A stretch of 63,781 nt of DNA, counting the filler, from Acetivibrio sp. (GTDB lineage: Bacteria; Bacillota; Clostridia; Acetivibrionales; Acetivibrionaceae), in the NCBI RefSeq assembly GCF_035371925.1. It is 3 parts of 3 records of this genome, joined end to end, with 100 filler letters (N's around TTAATTAATTAA, not from the genome) between each part and the next. Parts side by side here need not be neighbours in the genome. Positions count along the whole stretch, not along the records: positions 1 to 24,286 come from NZ_DAORXT010000040.1; 2 more parts are not named here. One strand, 5' to 3'. Below are positions 10,853 to 20,443 of the stretch, piece by piece (the stretch's first letter is position 1; every line of letters starts with the position of its first letter). The notes beneath the pieces are model-generated. The model made no database searches. It was not told the origin of the DNA and saw only the letters and a program-made list of their open reading frames with translations. The translations under genes were made by a program, and so were the position numbers.

Positions 10853-11255
10853 AAAATGGCAAGTCATCGTCTTCTATCGGGAAAAATCCTTCGGCATCTG
10901 TATTTTTAGGTTCAAAACCGTCCGACGTATAATTATCCTTCTTGCTGTCGGCAAAGTACGCTTCTTCTGCAATAATTTCCGTAACAGTGCGCTTATTGCC
11001 CTGCTCATCGTTCCACGATCTGTTCTGAATCCTGCCTATTATCGCAACCTTCTGTCCTTTACGGAAGTAATTGTTGCAGAATTCACCGGTCTTCTCCCAT
11101 GCAATTATAGGGAAAAAATCGGCCTGTTCCTGTTCGCCCTGTCTTGCAAATCTCCTATCTACTGCAAGCCGAAAATGGCATACCGATTTACCTGTGGTAG
11201 TGTGTCTCAATTCGGGATCCTGCGTCAATCTCCCTATTAAAATTACTTTATTCAT
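10851..11255 (-). CDS. ssb: Single-stranded DNA-binding protein
   Basis: MNKVILIGRLTQDPELR OB fold and acidic DDDLPF C-terminus; true start ATG 11255 (the ORF-track extension overlaps vanZ). Confidence 0.95.
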   Translation of the reverse strand: MNKVILIGRLTQDPELRHTTTGKSVCHFRLAVDRRFARQGEQEQADFFPIIAWEKTGEFCNNYFRKGQKVAIIGRIQNRSWNDEQGNKRTVTEIIAEEAYFADSKKDNYTSDGFEPKNTDAEGFFPIEDDDLPF

Positions 11256-11292
11256 ATATCCAACCTCTTTCAAATGTTTTTCCATAATTATA

Positions 11293-11772
11293 TCAAACAT
11301 TCGTTCGGTTGTCCATATTTTTTCTGGCAAAAAACAAACATATAAGAACAGCCGCAAGTGCACCAGCGGAATCAATAAATACATCCATAATTTGAGGATT
11401 ACGCCCCGGTACTGTTCTTTGGTACAGCTCATCAATAACAGCTGTAGCACAGGCTATAAACATAGCAAAAACTGTGGCTTTGGTATTATTGAGTCTTACA
11501 AATCGCAAGGCATTAAAGGTTAAAAGAGCAAGAATAAAATATTCTGCAAAATGCATTGTTTTTCTAAAAATGTAGTTTCTGTTTTCCATAAGTACTTCAT
11601 TTCTTTCAAGAACCTTGTCAAGCTTTAAAAAACTGATAATCCTGTCAACAATTTTTTCTGAAGTACTTACAGAATCATTGCCACTTTGGCTGGAAAAACC
11701 AAGTATTATTGCAATCATACCGATTACTGCGATCCATGCTGCGCATACTAGTACAGTTTTTGCTCTTTTCAT
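11293..11772 (-). CDS. VanZ-family membrane protein
   Basis: FSSQ, RKTMHFAEY, DELYQRTVPGR, DVFIDSAG motifs. Confidence 0.88.
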   Translation of the reverse strand: MKRAKTVLVCAAWIAVIGMIAIILGFSSQSGNDSVSTSEKIVDRIISFLKLDKVLERNEVLMENRNYIFRKTMHFAEYFILALLTFNALRFVRLNNTKATVFAMFIACATAVIDELYQRTVPGRNPQIMDVFIDSAGALAAVLICLFFARKNMDNRTNV

Positions 11773-11802
11773 AATTTATCCTTTCGTAAAAGCTTTATAG
11801 TT

Positions 11803-13134
11803 TTAAAGTCCTGTACCTATAAAGACAAAGCCTTTTTCTTCTATGTCTTTTCTCGAATAAATATTTCTTGTATCGTAGAAAATATTACCCCTCATTATTT
11901 TCTTAAGGAGCGTCAAATCCATGTTACGGAACTCATGCCATTCGGTAACAATAATCAAAGCATCGACATCCTCAGCGGCATCATAAGCATGTTTACAATA
12001 GCAGATACCATCGGCATATTCTTTAAGAGCCTTTTTAGCCTCCTCCATTGCTTGGGGGTCATAAGCCCTGATATTGGCACCCTTTTCGATCAAATCAGCT
12101 ATTATTGTCAATGCAGGAGCATCCCTCACGTCATCAGTCTCAGGCTTAAACGCAAGTCCAAGTATACCTATTGTTTTGCCTTTTAAATTTCCTGCAATAT
12201 TTTCAAGTTTTTTAACTACCATTTTTTTCTGCCTCTGGTTTGCTTCTATTACTGCACTTACCACAGACATATGAACACCATGTTTTTCAGCCACCTGTAC
12301 AAGGGCCTTGGTATCCTTAGGGAAACAACTACCTCCAAAACCTGGACCTGCATGCAGAAACTTTGGACCTATTCTTCCATCCCTGCCCATAGCTGTTGAT
12401 ACTTGCTGAACATTTGCCCCTACTTTTTCGCAAAGGTTCGCAATCTCATTTATAAAAGTTATCTTTGTTGCAAGAAACGCATTGGAGGCATATTTAATCA
12501 TTTCTGCAGTCTCAATGTTCGTTATTATGAACGGAGTTTCATTAATATACAAAGGCCTGTATACTTTTTTCATTATCTCCGCAACTTCTTCACTTTCAAC
12601 GCCTATAACGACTCTGTCAGGATGAGTGAAATCATAAAGGGCTTTACCTTCGCGAAGGAACTCCGGATTTGACACAACATCAAAAGAATATTCGACTCCT
12701 CTTTCCTTGAGCTTATCGGCTATTATCTTCTTTACAACTTGGCCTGTACCAACAGGTACAGTGCTCTTATCAACTATAACCTTGTATCCGTTCATATGCT
12801 CCCCGATAGTTTCGGCAACAGCATATACATATTGCATGTCAGCCTCTCCGTTCTCCTTCGGAGGTGTACCTACAGCAATAAACAAGACGTTGGACTCCTC
12901 TATTGCCTTTTTGGCATCAGTAGTAAACTGTATTCTCCCTGCTTTTATATTCCTTTCAAGAAAAACATCAAGGCCGGGCTCATAAATTGGAATTCTTCCG
13001 TTATTGAGTCCGTCAATCTTTTCTTTATTAACATCAACACAAATAACTTTTACGCCAAAATCGGCTATACAAACGCCTGATACAAGTCCAACATAGCCGG
13101 TGCCGAACATCGCAACTTTTGGTATCATGCTCAT
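11803..13134 (-). CDS. ugd: UDP-glucose/GDP-mannose 6-dehydrogenase
   Basis: GTGYVG Rossmann motif, KSTVPVGT, SNPEFLREG, GGSCFPKD catalytic Cys motif, GLAFKPETDD. Confidence 0.93.
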   Translation of the reverse strand: MSMIPKVAMFGTGYVGLVSGVCIADFGVKVICVDVNKEKIDGLNNGRIPIYEPGLDVFLERNIKAGRIQFTTDAKKAIEESNVLFIAVGTPPKENGEADMQYVYAVAETIGEHMNGYKVIVDKSTVPVGTGQVVKKIIADKLKERGVEYSFDVVSNPEFLREGKALYDFTHPDRVVIGVESEEVAEIMKKVYRPLYINETPFIITNIETAEMIKYASNAFLATKITFINEIANLCEKVGANVQQVSTAMGRDGRIGPKFLHAGPGFGGSCFPKDTKALVQVAEKHGVHMSVVSAVIEANQRQKKMVVKKLENIAGNLKGKTIGILGLAFKPETDDVRDAPALTIIADLIEKGANIRAYDPQAMEEAKKALKEYADGICYCKHAYDAAEDVDALIIVTEWHEFRNMDLTLLKKIMRGNIFYDTRNIYSRKDIEEKGFVFIGTGL

Positions 13135-13453
13135 CCCCATCCTTATCTACTTATATTTGCTTACTTTACAGCTTCTATAATATACTATTTCTTTTTATTT
13201 TGGAATGTTAATTAAAAGATTCCAGTGCTTCTCGTCAATATTGTCTGTGTAATCATAAATTCATTATATTTTTAATTATATATTATTACATCATATATCA
13301 TACTGTGAAAAAAATATTATGCAGCACTTTTGAATGAATACGCTGCTCTTGAGCCCTTGAAATGGATGTCAAAAAAATTAATAATTTGACTTATGCAGTA
13401 AAATGTAAAACTTTATGCAGTGACCCCTAATTTGGCAACTACATCATCAAGAC

Positions 13454-14705
13454 TTACCCTTTTTCTGCACAAGAGTATGCATACTTGGCAATACAGACCG
13501 TATATTGTTTGCGGAAATACCCTATGGTATCTCCAATGGTCTCAAGTTTCAAGGTTCTCCTTTTAGAGACCCTGAAGAGCTCAAGAAAAGTATAGGTCAT
13601 AAAGACCATACTCCAGAAACGCTTTATTGAAGTTAATGATTCAACCTGGTATTCATCAAACCCTAATGAGTTTTTATGATACCGGTAGCTCACTTCAATA
13701 TCCCAGCGGTTCTGGTAATATCCAATAATAGTGAAGGTGGTTAGGCTTACATCGGTACTTACGATAAATGCTGGTGTGTCAGAAAGATCTTCTTACTCCA
13801 ACGTATAAGAATTACGGCATTTTCAATATCGATGATTTTACCCCCATATCTGTATACATAATAGTTGTCGTCTCCTGCTTGTATCTATGCAAGTTTCGTT
13901 ACTACGTATATGGATGGCAAATTCTTTGATATTAGTCTTAATGCCGCCTGGGTAAATCACACGATTGGATATTATTCTTCCAATAGTATGATACCCTCTC
14001 TTAAGAGCATGAAGCATCAATTTTCCTGATGTATGCCAAGCATTTACGAGTAAGTACGTAGTTTCTGTAACAGGCGTAAATTTATCAATTAGCTGCATTG
14101 CCAGCTCCTGTTTATTCTTAAAAAGCCTCCTGGCTTTTTGTCCAAAGAACTGCTTTCTAAGATAGTGCTTAAAGTTAAGTGGTAAGAAGTACTCGGAGAT
14201 TTTGTAATGGGAAGTAACTACACAGTGAGACCACATGGTCTTNNNNNNNNNNNNNNNNNNNNNNNNNNNNNNNNNNNNNNNNNNNNNNNNNNNNNNNNNN
14301 NNNNNNNNNNNNNNNNNNNNNNNNNNNNNNNNNNNNNNNNNNAGTACTCGGAGATTTTGTAATGGGAAGTAACTACACAGTGAGACCACATGGTCTTACC
14401 ATCACTGTGAGAATGATGATATCGGATACATTCTCACAAACAGATTTAAAAGGATGATTTCTCCTCTTGTAATCTACGTATTCGTTACTCCATTTATATT
14501 CTCCAAGGAACCTTGAGCCACTGCTCCGGTCCCGGTTACAGGTAAGCCTTGAATAGACATTAGAAATATTCTTGTTTCCCTCGGTGGTTATTATTCCTGA
14601 AATCATATGAACCATATGGTTCTTCAAAGCTCCGGAAATAGGCAACTTTAGCATATTTATATAATTGATTACTTCTTGGCTTTATTCTATTATTATATCA
14701 GGCAT
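13454..14705 (-). mobile_element. Degenerate IS701-family-like DDE transposase (pseudogene)
   Basis: ATG 14705 behind GGGAG, in-frame TAA at codon 8, several frameshifts; fragments ...HHSHSDGKTMWSHCVVTSH..., LLVNAWH (expected acidic residue replaced by N) and RWDIEVSYRY. Terminal repeats not identified. Confidence 0.75.
14188..14397. other. Assembly artefact: 100-N gap flanked by the same 55 bp
   Basis: AGTACTCGGAG...CACATGGTCTT at 14188-14242 and 14343-14397; collapsing the overlap gives a continuous transposase frame. Confidence 0.9.
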
Positions 14706-14895
14706 AAGTTTGACTCCCGTGGAAATAGTTTTTTATCTTGTCAATTCAAAACTACCACATTTGGTCTGCTTATGCTTTTGTTTTGCCATTTTATTGGTAA
14801 TACAATTTATTACTTATTAATATAGAAAGCTAATATGAATTTCAAGCTCAAAATATCCAATATTCACAAAAGTTAATTTTGTGAAATGCATTTTC

Positions 14896-16263
14896 CTAGA
14901 TTCCACTAACAATGCCTAATATGTTACTTATAATTCTAATAGCAGCGGAGCATATAAATATTATAATTATTGATGCAAAAACACTTTTCAAATATCGATA
15001 TGCCGAAATATTAATAACTTGAAACAACTTACTAAAATATACAATCTGAACAAAACAAAAGATGATTGTCATAATAATACATCCTATATATATATTATTA
15101 AAATAAAACTTTCCAACCGCTAATCCAAAAGCATAGCCAATTAGCTGAGTAACTCCAGAAATAAGAGAATACTTTTGCTTATGAACTACAATTGCTAATC
15201 CCTGAGTTGACATCATCAAAAAAGTAAAAAAGCTATTAAACGCTACTATTCTTGTAATATTGCCAGCAACAATAAAGTCTGGCCCCAAAAAAATTTTACA
15301 TGCTAAGTCACTTAACGAAAGCAAAATACTCATTGGGATGATGGCAATTTTTGCTGCACGACTAATATTTCTATATGTAAATTCTCCTATATCTTGTTTT
15401 TTCTTAGTCATCTCGACAATTCTTTGATAATAGACTTTTCCTATAGAATTAGCTAAAAAAGTAATTGGAATTTTCAAAACTTTCATCGATACTGAATAGT
15501 ATCCCAAAATTTCGGCTCCAAATAGAGTACGAATAAATAATACAGGAGCTTGGTTCTTAAATTGTGCAACAATATTTGTAGGCATCTGATAAAAGCAAAA
15601 TTCTCTATGCTTTGATAACGCTGATTTATGATCCTTAATAGAAAAATTCAAAAAAACTTTCGGTAGTTTTCTTCTCATATGTAGCAAAGTTATAATCTCT
15701 CCTGTAATTAGACCAATATAATAACCATAACTTTTATACCCCAATAAACCTAGTGGAATTGCAACAATAGCCGCTGAAGCATGGTTTATAACAGGATTCT
15801 TCATTAGTACATTATATTCTTTTTTTCTATTAAGCCACGAATAGCTCAACTGAATCTGCTGTTGAGTAAATATTAAAATTGTAATAAAAAAAGCGTAAAA
15901 TATCGGATTTATACCAGCCTTATTGGGAAAAAAAGAATAAAACATAAAAAATCCAAACCCAATAAGTAGACTAAATATCAAAACTAAAGTTGTTATTATT
16001 GAAAATAATTTTTTTGTATCATCTTCCGTTTCTTCAACCATAATGGCATTTGATAATCCCAAGTCAGAAAATGTGTTTACTATAATTACAACAGAGGTAA
16101 ACAAAGTCCAATTACCAATTATTGTCGCTCCAAATATTCTTGTATATATTGGAAGCGTAGCAATAGAAATCAACTGTCCAAACAATGTCCCACCTGATAT
16201 CTTTAAAACATTATTAATCATTGATGATTGCTTTTGCTTGACGCTGTCTAATTTTCTTTCCAT
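14896..16263 (-). CDS. wzx: Wzx oligosaccharide flippase
   Basis: Multi-TM protein, NNVLKISGGTLFGQL...LPIYTRIF N-terminus typical of polysaccharide exporters; last gene of the GT cluster. Confidence 0.85.
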   Translation of the reverse strand: MERKLDSVKQKQSSMINNVLKISGGTLFGQLISIATLPIYTRIFGATIIGNWTLFTSVVIIVNTFSDLGLSNAIMVEETEDDTKKLFSIITTLVLIFSLLIGFGFFMFYSFFPNKAGINPIFYAFFITILIFTQQQIQLSYSWLNRKKEYNVLMKNPVINHASAAIVAIPLGLLGYKSYGYYIGLITGEIITLLHMRRKLPKVFLNFSIKDHKSALSKHREFCFYQMPTNIVAQFKNQAPVLFIRTLFGAEILGYYSVSMKVLKIPITFLANSIGKVYYQRIVEMTKKKQDIGEFTYRNISRAAKIAIIPMSILLSLSDLACKIFLGPDFIVAGNITRIVAFNSFFTFLMMSTQGLAIVVHKQKYSLISGVTQLIGYAFGLAVGKFYFNNIYIGCIIMTIIFCFVQIVYFSKLFQVINISAYRYLKSVFASIIIIFICSAAIRIISNILGIVSGI

Positions 16264-16290
16264 TATATAATCACTATCTTTCTATTAAAT

Positions 16291-17136
16291 TTATCTCCAT
16301 ATTTTAACTTCTAGCTTACATTTCTGAAACGTAAACTTATGTAATCTTTGTACAATTTTTATTAATTGAATCGTATCGTGGAAATTTCCATTTCCTTCAT
16401 TTAATATCCAATTTGGAGTTTTCTTCGAAAAATGCACACCATCTTTACGACCCAATCCAAGTTTTGATACTAATTTCATTATCTTTGGATTTGCTATACA
16501 GAAAACAGTACCAAAATTTGCAGCAGAATTATCTTGCTCTTTTTTGCAAAGCTTAATCCTTTCATCCCTTAATCTTGAGGTTTCCTCTGAACTGCATCGA
16601 GGAAACTTAAACTTTGCTCCTACAATAATCCTATCATCATCTTGAAATGATGAATATCTATATTTAAACTCTAATAAATCTTTCGGTATAGATTTTACTT
16701 CTCTATTTTCAACCACATCTACACTTACAATATAGTCACTTATTGATTGATTATATCTGTATCCTCTACCAGCATTCATATATATAGCACCGCCTATAAG
16801 TCCAGGCACAGAATACAAATATTCTATTCCTCCATAGCCAGCTTTATTAATCTCCAAAATTGCTTTTTGCAAATGTACAGAAGCACCAAAGTAAAAAACG
16901 CCATCACCTAAATTATTTATTTCCTTATTAAATTCTCTCAAACAAATAACTGATTCAAATTTACCCTTATCATCAATGAGCAAATTTGAACCTCCTGATA
17001 TTACTAAGGGGTTGTCAAGTACTTTTAATAGTTCAACTAGTTCTTCTATACTTTCTGGAATGTAGAATTTATTTGCAATTCCACCAATCTTAATACTAGT
17101 ATACTTTTTCAGTTCTTCATTTTCTTTTATTATCAT
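16291..17136 (-). CDS. MurB-like FAD-dependent reductase (divergent paralogue)
   Basis: TSIKIGG, GGSNLL, PGLIGGAIYMNAG, FKYRYS and C-terminal LEV motifs of MurB; NFGTVF replaces the usual SxGSxFKNP. Confidence 0.85.
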   Translation of the reverse strand: MIIKENEELKKYTSIKIGGIANKFYIPESIEELVELLKVLDNPLVISGGSNLLIDDKGKFESVICLREFNKEINNLGDGVFYFGASVHLQKAILEINKAGYGGIEYLYSVPGLIGGAIYMNAGRGYRYNQSISDYIVSVDVVENREVKSIPKDLLEFKYRYSSFQDDDRIIVGAKFKFPRCSSEETSRLRDERIKLCKKEQDNSAANFGTVFCIANPKIMKLVSKLGLGRKDGVHFSKKTPNWILNEGNGNFHDTIQLIKIVQRLHKFTFQKCKLEVKIWR

Positions 17137-17150
17137 TGTACATACCTCTC

Positions 17151-18275
17151 TTATTTGACAATGTTGTCGAGTTTCTCAAAAAAACTTCTACTCAATTCAA
17201 TAATTGGTTGACAATTATACTTCGTATCTTTTTGAATAAGGCGCTCGATCTCTTTAATTATCTCTGTTGTAATCATTTCTTTAGAAGAATAATATCGTTC
17301 ACATAAATTTAACCGACCTAGTATATCATACATTTTACTATTATCTAGGGTAGTCTTTCGTTCTTCTACTGCAATAAATTGCACATTATTTTTTAATGAA
17401 AAGCATACGCCATGAAATCTCGAAGTAACAAATAAATCTAATGCAGAAATCACATCTATCCATTCAAATGGGCTCAGCCGTGCATAATTCCTTGTTTCTT
17501 TATGATAATCATACAAAGAAATATAATTATATTTGCTTCCGTATGCAGACATAAACTTTCTTGGTATTTCTGAATCTTCAAGCATAAATCCTATGGTTTT
17601 TTTGCCGGGATTAATACCAAATTTATTTATTAAAATATTTCGACCGTTTTCTTCGCTAATTCTATATGAATATAAAAAAGTAGGATCACAATTAATATAA
17701 GCCAAACTATTCTCCATTACTTTATCAATGCATCGTTTTGTACTTTCATCACGAACTCCAATATAGCAAAAATCACATAATATATTTTTCATTAGATCCC
17801 TTTCTTTCTGTGAAAGGCTATCATAATCAATTCTAGCAGATGCCGCATATGACATTTTAATACATTGAAGGTCCCCAGGTAACCAATAAGGGCTTGGAAA
17901 TCCCCTAAATCCGTTAACTCGCCATATTTCATCACTTCCTGCTATAATCAAATCATATCTTCCTCTAATGAATTTTTGAAATTCTTCAAGGTTAGAATAA
18001 TACAAATTTTCAGAGCTTAATTTCAATTTTGATTGAGAATCTGCAAAAGTTTTATACTGGTGCAAATAATATATTAACCCTTTAAAACTTTTTGATGCTA
18101 AAGATTTCCGCAAGAATTGCTTTTTATAAAATCTATCCGCAGCTTTCATATCATAGTCAATAAGTTCTACCAAAACTGAAGGATATCTTTCCGAAATAAC
18201 CCTACATAATGCATAAGCTTGCAAGTATGCACCATAATTAATTGATCTATGATAAGTTAATATACCAATTCTCAT
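17151..18275 (-). CDS. Polysaccharide pyruvyl transferase family protein (1)
   Basis: NYGAYLQAYAL, GSDEIW, SYAAS, IGVRDE, CDPT, TSRFHG motifs. Confidence 0.88.
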   Translation of the reverse strand: MRIGILTYHRSINYGAYLQAYALCRVISERYPSVLVELIDYDMKAADRFYKKQFLRKSLASKSFKGLIYYLHQYKTFADSQSKLKLSSENLYYSNLEEFQKFIRGRYDLIIAGSDEIWRVNGFRGFPSPYWLPGDLQCIKMSYAASARIDYDSLSQKERDLMKNILCDFCYIGVRDESTKRCIDKVMENSLAYINCDPTFLYSYRISEENGRNILINKFGINPGKKTIGFMLEDSEIPRKFMSAYGSKYNYISLYDYHKETRNYARLSPFEWIDVISALDLFVTSRFHGVCFSLKNNVQFIAVEERKTTLDNSKMYDILGRLNLCERYYSSKEMITTEIIKEIERLIQKDTKYNCQPIIELSRSFFEKLDNIVK

Positions 18276-18277
18276 AT

Positions 18278-19540
18278 TTATCCTCCATTAACCCCAAATT
18301 TTACTTGCATATTTCTAAACTTTAATTGCTTTAGATGATTAATTATAATCCCAAACAATAACCATAACATTGGATTAACCCAAGGGTTAGATGAAAAGGA
18401 CAACTTCACTAACATATTACAAGACAAAAATGCAATTATAACAAAACTATTCTTATTTAAATTATACAAATTCAATGTTGCTAAAATTGCTTTTAATGCT
18501 AAAAAGCTTAATGGAATTGCAAAAATTAATCCACCTTCATACATAAATTGCAAAATGAAATTGTGAACAAAAGCTATTCCTGCCGAATTCTTTGTTATAA
18601 ATGTTCCTATTCCATTTCCCCAAATAGGAGATTTCCAAAAGTATTCTAAAGCTGTACTAAAAAACTCTTTTCTTCCATTAGTAACATCTCCTTGGCTCAA
18701 AAAGTATAGAGCTTTATCTAAAGCTCCAATATTTATTCCATATTTGCTTAAAAAAGATACTGACCACAACATAATATTTACAAAGTTATTTCTTAAAATA
18801 AAAAGAAGAATAGCTGAAATAATAGATATTAATACTATTTGCTTCTCAGGTTTTTTTCTTTTTTCTCCTTGATATTTTCCTATTATCGCAATAACAAAAG
18901 ATGTTATCAGTACAAGTAATGCACCTCGTGCAATTTGCATGGAATAAATTATCATGTAATACAGTTGTATACAATATAATACTTTAATAATTATGGAGGA
19001 CTCATTTCTATAATACATAAAATGAAAAATTAATACTGTTCCTGCAATTACCAAAGCATACGATGTAACCAAAGAAACCTGATTAAATCTAGTTGTTGGC
19101 ACATGTGTTTGAATTAAAATTTCATCAAATGAAAATATCAATAATGTAGAATAATAAAGGCAATACCTTAATATTTTTTCAGCATTATACTGAAAATTAG
19201 TTAGTATTACGGGAATAACAACCCACAATATAAACATAGACGGTATTACACCTTCCTGCTGATAAAACAAACAAGAAACTATATAGAAGAACGATACAAA
19301 GATAAGAAAAACTCCACACCATTTATTTAATTTAATTTTCTTTATGCTCAATAATATAGCCGTTATGGATATAATAAGAACTAATGGAGAAGACAAATTA
19401 TCTAATCCAAAGCCATAAGTAAACATAAAATCCAATAACGGACTCATGATTAATGTAGCAATAGCTAAACTGACTAAATCTATATTAGAATTAAATATAA
19501 TTCTTCTAGTACCTATTTTTAAAGCAATTTTTTTATCCAT
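18278..19540 (-). CDS. wzy: Wzy polymerase / O-antigen ligase-family membrane protein
   Basis: About 10 TM segments, RGA motif, periplasmic-type loop ending GNGIG...HNFILQ. Confidence 0.75.
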   Translation of the reverse strand: MDKKIALKIGTRRIIFNSNIDLVSLAIATLIMSPLLDFMFTYGFGLDNLSSPLVLIISITAILLSIKKIKLNKWCGVFLIFVSFFYIVSCLFYQQEGVIPSMFILWVVIPVILTNFQYNAEKILRYCLYYSTLLIFSFDEILIQTHVPTTRFNQVSLVTSYALVIAGTVLIFHFMYYRNESSIIIKVLYCIQLYYMIIYSMQIARGALLVLITSFVIAIIGKYQGEKRKKPEKQIVLISIISAILLFILRNNFVNIMLWSVSFLSKYGINIGALDKALYFLSQGDVTNGRKEFFSTALEYFWKSPIWGNGIGTFITKNSAGIAFVHNFILQFMYEGGLIFAIPLSFLALKAILATLNLYNLNKNSFVIIAFLSCNMLVKLSFSSNPWVNPMLWLLFGIIINHLKQLKFRNMQVKFGVNGG

Positions 19541-20441
19541 TGTTTATCAAACCCTTTTTTCTCCAAAAAGCATATGCATCAATAATATACCTTGTAATAG
19601 CCCAAATAGGCTTTTTTGTCTTTATAGCCCACTTTAAAGAATTAATTATCATTTTGCTTTTTAGATATTCTTTTCCAATATCATAGTAATTTGCTGCATA
19701 TACCTGATTACGTTTCTTATTTGGAAGCTCACTTATAATGCCATATAACTTGTTTAAATAGTGTAATCTATATCTCTCTGCCACTTTTGGGTCTTTAGGG
19801 AGATTTCTGTCAATTTTGAATTTTACAATGCAAATATCACTAATTACACGTACTTTATAGTTATATGCCACTCTAGTGAAAAACTCCCAATCCTGATGCC
19901 GCATAAAACTTTCATCCCATTTATCTACTTTTTCGAGCACATTCTTTTTTATCATTATTGCACTCGAACATGCAGAAATTTTATGTCGTAAATATTCATA
20001 TACAAAATCTTCAGGTTGGGAAACAATAATATCTCTATGATACCCATTTGGTAATTGTACTCTATAAGAACCTACAATCATTCCTATTTCTTCTGGTGAA
20101 TTCTCAAATATACTAACTTGGTTTTTTGTTTTTTCAGGTAAAAAAATATCATCATCGTCAAGAAAACAAATGTACTTTCCATCTGAATACTTTAAACCAG
20201 TATTTCTTGCGGCTGAACCATTAATGTTTTTTTCATGCACTAAATATAATATTTTGTTCTGATCTATATATTCTTGAAGAACACTCTGGGTTATCTGCTG
20301 TTCTTTGGTATCTTTACCGTTATCATCCACTACTATAATTTGAATATCCTTATATGTCTGATTTAATACACTATCAACTGCTCTTAAAATAGTGTTACTG
20401 CCTTTATATGTAGGGATTATAACAGTTACTAAACTACTCAT
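19533..20441 (-). CDS. GT2 glycosyltransferase
   Basis: VTVIIPTYK, VVDD, SAARNTG, FLDDDD, QDWEF. Confidence 0.92.
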   Translation of the reverse strand: MSSLVTVIIPTYKGSNTILRAVDSVLNQTYKDIQIIVVDDNGKDTKEQQITQSVLQEYIDQNKILYLVHEKNINGSAARNTGLKYSDGKYICFLDDDDIFLPEKTKNQVSIFENSPEEIGMIVGSYRVQLPNGYHRDIIVSQPEDFVYEYLRHKISACSSAIMIKKNVLEKVDKWDESFMRHQDWEFFTRVAYNYKVRVISDICIVKFKIDRNLPKDPKVAERYRLHYLNKLYGIISELPNKKRNQVYAANYYDIGKEYLKSKMIINSLKWAIKTKKPIWAITRYIIDAYAFWRKKGLINNG

Positions 20442-20443
20442 AA

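Noticed and set aside
13317..13422. Three TTATGCAG octamers upstream of ugd
   Set aside because: Irregular spacing in AT-rich DNA near the IS end; cannot be distinguished from chance or IS remnants.
14188..14397. 55-bp direct repeat as a target-site duplication or att site
   Set aside because: The copies abut both sides of a 100-N gap and collapse into one reading frame; this is a contig overlap.
16291..17136. Housekeeping peptidoglycan murB
   Set aside because: Located in an AT-rich EPS cassette with altered substrate-loop motifs; treated as a paralogue pending a genome-wide check.
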